A DNA stretch of 60,411 nt, filler included, from Sphacelaria rigidula (Eukaryota): the NCBI GenBank assembly GCA_964200075.2. It is 7 parts of 7 records of this genome, joined end to end, with 100 filler letters (N's around TTAATTAATTAA, not from the genome) between each part and the next. Parts side by side here need not be neighbours in the genome. Positions count along the whole stretch, not along the records: positions 43,224 to 51,767 come from CAXNAA020010831.1; positions 51,868 to 60,411 come from CAXNAA020010832.1; 5 more parts are not named here. The stretch is one strand, 5' to 3'. Made by a program: the position numbers and the translations under genes. Every line of letters starts with the position of its first letter. Position 1 is the stretch's first letter. Under the pieces are notes generated by a model. That model did no database searches. It was not told the DNA's origin and saw only the letters and a list, made by a program, of their open reading frames with translations. Below are positions 51,369 through 60,411 of this stretch, in pieces.

Positions 51369-51767
51369 GGGGGGCGTACTCATTTGCTGCTTGCCTTAGT
51401 CGCGTGACCATTGACCACGCATCCCTTTCGAGACAAAGCACCGTTCCTACTCCTGATAGAGACACCTTCAACATTCCGGCGCTCGTAACGTTTCTTTCAT
51501 ACATTACACAAAACCTTCGACACATCTTATCCCCGTCCTGTTTCGCCGTCTCTGGCCACCATCTATCCCCTAGTATAGCCATCGTTCACCCCCTACTGCC
51601 TAATGCATCAAACGATTCCATGCCATCTTCGTTCACGTCCCGCATTTCCCCCTCTAGCACGTCTCGTTTTCCCTTGAATATTCACATTCTGCCACTATAT
51701 GACTTCTGCTCTCTATTCCTTTGCCACAGGGGCAGTTCTGTCCATCTACTTCCTCCTCCACACGACG
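51369..51767 (-). mobile_element. Degenerate LINE 3' end including the ORF2 C-terminal zinc knuckle
   Basis: The minus strand reads CPCGKGIESRSHIVAEC (CCHC) then ...AILGDRWWP..., with a frameshift and a stop. The 3' end is shared with 8646 and 34580. Confidence 0.78.
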
Positions 51768-51867
51768 NNNNNNNNNNNNNNNNNNNNNNNNNNNNNNNNN
51801 NNNNNNNNNNNTTAATTAATTAANNNNNNNNNNNNNNNNNNNNNNNNNNNNNNNNNNNNNNNNNNNN
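51768..51867. other. Artificial contig linker
   Basis: N44-TTAATTAATTAA-N44. Confidence 0.99.
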
Positions 51868-52904
51868 AAACACTACGTGGAACGATCATCCCCATTGTGC
51901 GGAGTTGAGGTTCTCCCACGCCGCACAACATGATCTAGCTGGACTACCATCATGGTAACCGCAAAAAACCGCAAGCGCGCAAAAACAAAATCGTAACCTG
52001 GTCGCCTAGTTCACACAGTCAGTGGCGTGTTTTATAGCGTCATCGCCAATCGACGCCAACCCCATTGGGGGTCTTACGATAGGTGTGGGGGGGGGTACTT
52101 CGGGCCACTTCTTGCGCGACATTCCAAGTCAAATCGTGGTTGAAAGCAGCAATGGTTGTTCGGATAAGCTTGTGATAGATATATAACGCCCATCTATACT
52201 ACTTGACGTGGTTTTTAACCGAATGCAAGCGCACCGCGAGGGTCGCGGGTCGTATGACACACCTATGAGCCTTTGTTTTCGTGCAATCAGATACCCCCCT
52301 CCCTATCGTAGGTTTACTCAAATGCGTGGCACAATCGACGGCCTGCGGGAGTGTCGATCCAATTCTCGAGAACCACCTGCGAGGCAAATACGGGGAGAGA
52401 TATGGGAGGTCAAGCCCTCGTAACTACAGGCTCGTCCGGAGGACGTGAAGGGGTTGAGGGTATAAGAAGAAAATAGTGAAAATACCAGATGGCTCGTCTC
52501 CATCAGTTCAGTATCCGACCTCACTCGTGAGCACGTGACACGGGCGTAGCTACTTTCTTTTTAGGGGATTGCTCCTTTCTTTTTACACCAGGTACGTTTG
52601 TCTTGTGACCGTGGCTGGACTGGTAGCGGAGCAATTAGTGTGCGACAATCAATCCATCAGTCACAGTGCCTCCCTCAGTTTCATACCCGAATTATATTTT
52701 CTCCGTTTGCTAGGGGTACACAGTGTGTTGGAGGAGAATTGTATTTTCCTCGTGTGCTAGGGGTACACGGTGTGTGGGAGAAGACACGTGTTGCACTTCC
52801 GTCGGTCTCCACGGTGTCCCATCTGGCTCTTTCACGATTTTGATACCGGTTTTTGCGGTAGCTCTTGTGTTCAAGTAGTTCACGTTTCATCATTTCCGCC
52901 ACAA

Positions 52905-53230
52905 CCCGGTGGTGTAAATTAAAATTGTCCGATTGCCACCATTAGGGTGGAAAGAACGTGGGTTCAACTCCCGATGCGTCGGGCTTTTTCTTCGAAGTAT
53001 CTGATTTCCACCGTCGAAAGCGTAAGTACGTGAGTAAACAACAACAAGTGGTTGGCTAAGTTTTTTTGACGAGAGTTGACGCGGTGCAGGAGGGTTGACC
53101 CAATCCGCGCGGCCCAAATGCAAGGCGTGTACCGGGGAGAGATGGGTTTGATATCTTGAGACCACGGGCTCGTCTCGAGGAATGGGGGAGGAATTCAAAA
53201 TGCGACCAATAAAATAGAAAAGTAAAAAAT
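52905..53230 (+). mobile_element. tRNA-derived SINE, second copy
   Basis: Collinear with 44398-44700, with B-box GGTTCAACTCC. Confidence 0.78.
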
Positions 53231-53850
53231 AATACATAGATACGAAATGCTCGTGTCTACGTGATTGCGATATGTACGGACAGAAAATGGGGTATCGCGT
53301 GTGCCACCGGGCGATTGGCAAGTAGTACGGTGAACAGGAAACAAGGCTTCGTGCAGCGGGACGTAACAATTTTCTATGGGTCAGTACGAAAGTATCGGTC
53401 GTATGGGGCGTTGGCTGTATGTCATTACCCGCAGTGGGATGCAGCGTAAGTCTGACGAAATTCCTCGTAAAGGCACAAATTTCACCAACATACGTTGTAG
53501 AAAAAATGTAGAGTCACGATGAATACTATTCTGTAATAGAACGACAAGCACGGGAGTAGAACAGTTTACAGTAGTACGACCTCGCGCGATTAAGGTATTA
53601 TATGTATCCACTGATACACGTAGTCATTTTTATTTCTCAAGTGTGGGGGGGTACAAGAATGCACGCGATGGCAACATTTCTCATCCCAATCATTCCGAGA
53701 TCTTTTCGCCCGTGCGATATAACCAACCTATACCCCTGTCTGATAGTCTGCACATATGGTACAAGCACACGGTAGATGGCATGAGGGCAGGAGTGAAGAC
53801 GTCACTGTATAACCGGCTAGAAAGCGCATGTGGATTACCTGGCATTTCCC

Positions 53851-55000
53851 CACCCCCTAGACAATACATTGCTCATCCAACATATCGACGCACCGCATGC
53901 TCAATATATATTGGCCGAGCAATAAGATGGTACAGGAAACAGGCCAATATACATTGTGACATCAATATGCCGAGCCTCGCGACATGCAACGTATATCGAC
54001 AGAATAATATATATATCACGACATGCGCCACCTCAATATAAATTGACCGAGAAATACGTTGGTGCGGATTGGCGCCAACATATATATATGAATATATGCG
54101 TGTTTGGAGTAATATATTGGCTGTTCACACGAGGTCAATATATATTGACGAATCCATATATTCAACATCCGAACCGGCAATATGTATTGCCGCCCCAATA
54201 TGTAGTGCGTCAATGCATCCAATATATATTGGGCGAACAGTACACGAGGGAATCCACCGTCACAATGTATTTATGGAGCAATATATATATATATATATAT
54301 ATTACTGGTTCGATTTGTATAATGGAAGGTGTAAAAGAACTAGCGGTGTGACCACTTCTGTGGTCGCGGGCACCATCGAAAGATGATCACCAGATGCCGA
54401 AATGATTCGAAATGACGTTCGTGCACCATTCTGCACGCCAAAAACAAATATCGGTCTCTTGAAATCATTCAAGTGAGATATTCGTTGGACGGGATGACTC
54501 CCAGGATGCGGCAGAGTACAGTACTTGAATCACATGATTCGGTGGAATATATACTGGGCATCGATGCACCCGGCAACTTTAAATCGGTCGGTAATGTATT
54601 GTCGCACACGCTACTCGGACATATTTATATTTATATATATATATATATAAATATTGACCTAGCAACGTGTTGTTAGTTGTTACCCATACGGCCCCAACAT
54701 GTATTGACCGGAAAATATGTTGTCACCCATGCGAACCCAGTATACATTGGTCGCGCAATATGTCGTCGCCCGCCCGGCCGCAGTATATGGTGCTGGGAGC
54801 TTATGTGTGCAATTCCATGGTACCAATATATGTTGGACGGGCGTATGTCTGCAGTCCCACGACACCAATACATATTGTGCGGGCAATACGTGCACAGTCC
54901 CGGCGTACCAATACATATGACGCCGGCAATATATTGGCATATTCCGATATGATCTACTAATCTATATATATCAGAAACCTATTGTATTGTCCAGGGTGTG
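53851..55000. mobile_element. Element with CACACCCTGGAC-type TIRs but a different (CAATATATATTG) internal repeat
   Basis: Left CACCCCCTAGACAATAC, right GTATTGTCCAGGGTGTG. No TSD seen. Confidence 0.65.
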
Positions 55001-55552
55001 TAATTATCTTACGGTGATTCCAGACGGTAAGTGAATGGTGCTAGTTATCTTTCTTGTGACACCCGCAACACCCCTTAGCCCTCGAAGAACCAGCAACATA
55101 CGGACTGCTCGTGGATCCGGGTTACACCAGGGCATGAGCACCCCAAAAAGCAGGTAAAACATACCAGAACAACCGCGCGGACAAGTACCTCCTGTCGCAA
55201 CTGTGATATCGAAGCCTTCTACGCGTACGCCTTCGGGACACGTAGTGTTTCTCTTCTCCGTCTACATTTTCACGACTTCCACTTTACAGAACAAACGGTT
55301 CGTCTTCTAACCCGCCTGTGATAATGTCGCAAGAAATTCAGGGATGTCAGGTGTTGAGACCCGCCGCCCCCTTACGATCCGCACGAAGGCCTGATTGGTT
55401 CGTATCCCGGTGCGACCTTTACACCAGAGTTCTTTGAGAAATGGTAGACATATTTGAAGCACTTATAGATTGCCGCTCCCCTTGGCCCCAGCTCTTCTTT
55501 GGTTGACACGGGGGAAAGTTTTTCCTCACTCAGTATGGACTTTTGGAGGCAC

Positions 55553-58500
55553 CTGCGTTCCCTGTTCTCTCGGACGTGGTCCTGCCTCATGCTGATTATG
55601 TCCTGCCTCATCCGTTGCTTTTGTTGCCGTATCTGGTTTTGAGAGAGAATGCCCCGACACACACAAGAACAGAAATCGACCGTTTTGGGATACATGTACA
55701 CCAAAAAACATCGGTACATCTTATAGCTCCTCTCGGCACCATACGATCGAGGGTTCCTATATGTATCCTTAATCGCCGTGACAAAGCATGGAACAGCAGG
55801 TAAAAAATGTCTATGGACAGCCCGCTGGAATAGCAATGAGCGGTGTGGTCACCACTTGCCGGTAGCCAAATTTCTGGTTCTCCGGGCACATGCGCTGTCT
55901 GCCCACTGCACGTTATGGCTCATGTTCTAGTGAGCGCGATGTTCCTGTAAGGCGTAGAGTAGTGTTCACTCGCTCAACTAGTATATCTCGCCATCGTCAT
56001 TGCCGGAACGTCGTTCATGGCGGTTATGACGACACAAATGTCACCCGCTAGAATATTTGCGTCGCTTCATGGCTAGGGTTTGAGCTATGTTCACGGCGAC
56101 GGTTCAGGTACACGAGCAGAGTCGAGTTCACCCTAACCCTATCCCCGACTGTCACACTCTGGCAACATGAGTTCATGGTGGCCTTGTAATTCTACCTGCA
56201 CGGGTCCAAGTATCGCCTGCGCGCAACTCTCAGTTGGTACGCTGAACACTTGCTGAACACTTGCCTGTGCCACCTCGCCCCTTCTGGCTGCAGCTATGTC
56301 GTGGTGAACCTTGGTGCGATTTTGTCGTGCCGACTCTTCCAAGGTATGGTTCTTTTCTCTCTGTAGCTTGCAGTTCACCACCTAAAATGTGTACGCATGG
56401 ATTGCGCAGCGGCAATCTACGCCAACTTGGTTCAAAAGGACAAGGGACACGGTGAGCCCTTGAGTGGCGAAACACTTTCAGCGCGTTACACCGCAGGCGC
56501 TATTGTCCCATCGATAGAGCCGTGTATGTTGGGACATGTGGGCACAACAAACATACCGCTTGAGAAGCGCAAGCGGAGGCTCTCGATTGGGTCCCCCTGG
56601 CGGCATCTAGTCCTTTCGACCGCAACACCCCTACTCAAAGACCGCCAATCATTGAAGTTTAGCATCAACTTTCTACCTTGATTTGATTTCAAAGCGAGAC
56701 CCGTCCAGCGTCCATGTAGGTGTGTTTTTAATCCCGAAAGAGAATGATAATTGTGTACAAACTGGCGGTTACTATGATCACACTATTACAACCGGTATTG
56801 TATGGTCTTTCTCTGCATCCGGGAGCCCTTTACCTCCTGTCCTTGACCATTCGTGGCATTCTATGAATAATTCAAATATTCAGGCGTATATTTTGCCAAC
56901 AAACCTCATACATCCCGAAGAAATGTTCGTCTGCATTATACCGACAACGTCGCGGCAATTTCAAGGTATTCATGGGCTTCCAAGCGGCGTTGGCAAACCT
57001 CCCGCTCTCCCAGGACAAAATCAAGCACAGCCTAGAATAGTTGTAGAGTGTTGCCTTGTCATTCATTCAATTCAATTCAGGAGCGCTTTTAAGGGTATAA
57101 TGTAGAGTTTAAAACGAAATACGGTGTACGTCCAGGGAACAGGACGATAACTCACAATTGCGTCCAATTCAATGGAGACTGGACCCCCGACGGCAACGAC
57201 AGAAACCCGATAAAAATAGGCCCAATACCCTCTGCTGCAGCTTTTACTACTTTCTACCTTACATGTTTGCTGTTGTTGCTGAAGATAAGGTCTGATCAAG
57301 TTACAGGGCGGGTTACGGGGGCGGCGCGGCTCTTTGTCGGACCCACCGCACGTCATGAGTCACAAAACATGCCTCGTCAGCTGATCGTAAACCATACACG
57401 TCGACCGAAACCGTTGTTCATCAACCATCCGTAATTCCACGCAACCTCGATGAACCTTGCTGACCATGTACCCCGATGCATCACCCTCAAGCCGCAACCG
57501 TCAACAACGATCATACCCATAGCCAAGGTATTGTACGTCAGTTCGATAGTATCTTCAACCCCAATAACGGGCAAATGCTGAAGACTAGATGGTCATTTGT
57601 TCGGTAGAAACCGACGACAGACCCATATCAATCATACGTATGTGTAAGTGTTTCTATTCCGCAAGATCCGGACCCTACCTCTAATCACTTGGCAAACATT
57701 CTCACACCCGTCTTGTCGGCGCTACGATATATACTTCATGGACAATGGCCAAAGATAATTTAGTTTTTGGCATCACAATCATGCCACAGCAACAATTGGA
57801 GCCAACATTACACATTTGCACTACTCTTTGATCTGTTCGTGCTCTCACCCATATCCGTATTTTGCAAATAACGAGGGTTGAATTCGTGCGCCTCTAACAT
57901 CTTTGTTTTCGACAAGCTACACACGAGTTAGCTCAAGTAAACTTCCTTCTCAGGCACCCCGATTCCTCCCAAAGCGTTTTAGTTCCGACAGTTTCTCCCT
58001 TCCACTTGCTCCATGAAGACTATACTTCACTTGCACAATGACAGTATTTGCCTTCAACCGAATACCACTGTACCTGTTTTTCGGCAGCATTGATCCGTTC
58101 GATAACGCGTCTCTCGTTCTCCTCCCGCATTCGCAGTATCTCCTCTGATCGCTGCTTAGCCGTTTCAATTTTCTTCCAGGCCTACGTCGAGATGTCGTCA
58201 CGCGCCTCAAGTTATTAAAGAGAGTACAGTTAGGCAATCAAGTATTGTGCTCCGTCATGTTAGTTTTTGTGTATACAACGAGCTCGTCAAGCTGGCTTCC
58301 CAGCTGACTTGCTACCTGATGTACTACTTAATCACTTTGTGAAGTTTCAGAAGAATTTATCGTATGCACCTATAAATCGAGGCATTCGTCTCCTTTCTGC
58401 AACCGGGAAGGGCAGAACGATGGGTAGAGCTTTAGAGCTCTCCAGATCTTTTGTTGCGTGCACTCCGCAGCCCCGGCGACCCTACTGGTGGAGATTTGGT

Positions 58501-58657
58501 TTTGCATCGACTACGTAGCTGCTGCTGCAATCGAACACGGTATTGTGACCAAGCTTGCCTTCGCTTCCTCCTTCCGCAAGAGGTTTATCCGATTCTGTAG
58601 CAAGAGTGCGTCGTGGTCAGCGTGTCGTTTTCGCTGTTGCATCGCCAGTAGCCGACC
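55553..58657 (-). CDS. Conserved protist-type coiled-coil protein (internal exons)
   Basis: Exons 58657-58559, 58181-58074, 56381-56265 and 55632-55553 join in phase: ...DALLLQNRINLLRKEEAK|AWKKIETAKQRSEEILRMREENERR...|VVNCKLQREK...VAQ|IRQQKQRMRQDII... Confidence 0.75.
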
Positions 58658-59048
58658 CTGTAATCGAAAACACAAACAGTATGACAGCACCCATCGGGTT
58701 GAATTGTAGTGCTGTAGAGCTTCATGCATTTCGACTTTATTCGGTGTCATATCCGGCAGGTGTTCAAGCAGTGACTTTTGGTGCAAACCTTACCATGAGA
58801 AGAACATGCCATGTTGGCAGTTTGAACACTACTGCCATAGTATCGCAACCTGTGCTTGTAGGTATATACTCAGGCTGACGAATGGCGCCCAATCATCGCC
58901 GATGATGCTGTCCTCCGTTGCCATGAAGAAGCGAGGGCATGTGCCGGCTATTCCCATGACTACGATGATCGGACTAACCTTAAGACAATGTTCACTGTAG
59001 CCTAGCCATACGAGCTGGGCTAGCCTAGAGGCGGATATGAAGTTTGCA

Positions 59049-59319
59049 GGTCCATGCTCAGCCCAATATTTAGAGTTGAAGCGTAAAATTTGGTATGGAC
59101 AATGCGTGGGGCATTAAAACAAATTACGTCGGTGCCATTTTTTTCTTTCTTCATGAGTTAAGGGCATTTTACTGATACCTGAAAACTGACTATTGCCCTT
59201 AACTCATGAGAAAAGAAACAAGAGCTTTTGGTACCGACGTAATCTGTTTTTTCATGCCCTATACATTGTCCATACCAAATTTTACGCTCCAACTCTAAAT
59301 ATTGGGCTAAGCATGGGCC
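59049..59319. mobile_element. Foldback MITE / long hairpin (~118-bp arms)
   Basis: GGTCCATGCTCAGCCCAATATTTAGAG...CATGAGTTAAGGGCA / TGCCCTTAACTCATG...CTCTAAATATTGGGCTAAGCATGGGCC. Confidence 0.85.
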
Positions 59320-60034
59320 TTTCGAGAACCGGATCGGTAGAAACTTGGAACAGTATTTCGAAGGCGACTCACCGGCCCACGTTTGGTTTTCGTGTATTGA
59401 AATTTTTGGTGGGCGCTCTCGGAGGCATAATTAACGACACTCAGTGGGTCAGGTTTTTCCATTTGTTTTCGCTGGTTTAGGGCGTTCTATTATGGTAAAG
59501 ACCATTTCTTCACGAAAACGCCCCAACCTCTATGAAAAAAAAAAAGATTAAGGCCCATTTTGTTTTTATTCGGCACACTTTTGTGGTTCTCCGTGCTAAC
59601 TATCGAATCAAAATTCTCAAACTTGAGCTAAAACATTGAGATAAGGCCTAGGAGCAATGCTCACTCCTCCTCAAAACTCCACTAAAAACACGAAAAAAAT
59701 GAAAAATAATGAAGAAAATGAAGAAAAGGTAACAAGCTGTTTTATTTTTATTTTCATGCACTGGCGGTTTACCACACGAAATTTGATGGAAATCTCTCAA
59801 AACCTGAGACGCGATATCCAGATTCAGGGCACCTAGTGCCTCTACTCGTAATATATTGATTCTAGTATAGAAACTTATGCGCGCCATATCTCAGGGGAGA
59901 TGACGAATTAGGTGAAGGTGAGGGTATCTATCGTCTCCCCTAGCTCCAGAGAATGTCCACACTAAAATTTGTTGCCATCCGCTGAATCGATCGGGGGTTA
60001 CATATAGATTAGAGTATGGACGTCATCTCCGTTA

Positions 60035-60411
60035 AACAGCCGATTTTCGAAAATGGGGTTGAAAAAAAATGAGGTTCAACGCAAAAGCCGTGCTTTCCCT
60101 GAACTAAATTCATGACAAATGACTTTCATATGGACCACCCCATCCCTCCCGACCTCCTTGAAACTATTTCGAGGGATTTCTAGCATTCCGTCTCCTCAAA
60201 GGGTATGTGCGAAAGCACGATTTTGGGGACAAAAAACGTAATTTTTTCACCCCGAAATCGAGGCAAAAGTGTGTTTTCGCACATACCCTTTGGGGGAACG
60301 GAAGACTAAAAGTCCCCCGAAATACATTTAGGGGGGTCGGTGTTTCAGCGATGGGTATCTGCCCTGAGCAGTGCGTTTTCAGTGAAGAAGAAAGAAGCAG
60401 TTGTGCTGGGA
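60035..60411. mobile_element. Foldback element with AACAGCCGAT terminus, cut by the contig end
   Basis: Internal inverted arms centred near 60243. Its first ~45 nt are the reverse complement of 25936-25982. Confidence 0.7.

Noticed and set aside
56834..57031. Exon-like minus-strand segment with in-frame TAA, TGA and TAG, hinting at stop-codon recoding
   Set aside because: Real genes here end at TAG or TGA and have no internal stops. The flanking exons join in phase without it, so it is at most a dead exon.

Overview
Eukaryotic nuclear DNA, very probably a brown alga (Phaeophyceae). This is inferred from the short exons in long repeat-rich introns and the gene content. The window is not one locus. 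It is seven unlinked ~8.5-kb contigs (1-8545, 8646-17190, 17291-25835, 25936-34479, 34580-43123, 43224-51767, 51868-60411) joined by an artificial 100-nt N44-TTAATTAATTAA-N44 six-frame-stop linker. Phase-consistent spliced gene fragments were rebuilt by hand: a GPALPP1/DUF3752-like 3' end, a dynein heavy chain C-terminus, an FHA plus winged-helix/forkhead-like protein, a cyanobacterial-type alpha/beta hydrolase, a beta-helix (pectin-lyase-fold) protein, the eIF4A-III last exon, histone H1, CDC7 kinase, a conserved coiled-coil protein and one unknown gene. Two tandem intronic tRNA-Leu(CAG) genes are present. The rest is largely non-autonomous mobile DNA: 8-bp-TSD TIR elements with nested insertions, TA-TSD MITEs, foldback elements, a solo LTR, tRNA-derived SINEs and LINE 3' ends. 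Most ORFs in the supplied track are spurious. I find no convincing multi-gene novel system. The best leads are the FHA-forkhead-like gene, an apparent excess of GC-AG introns, the candidate polysaccharide lyase and the transposon families.
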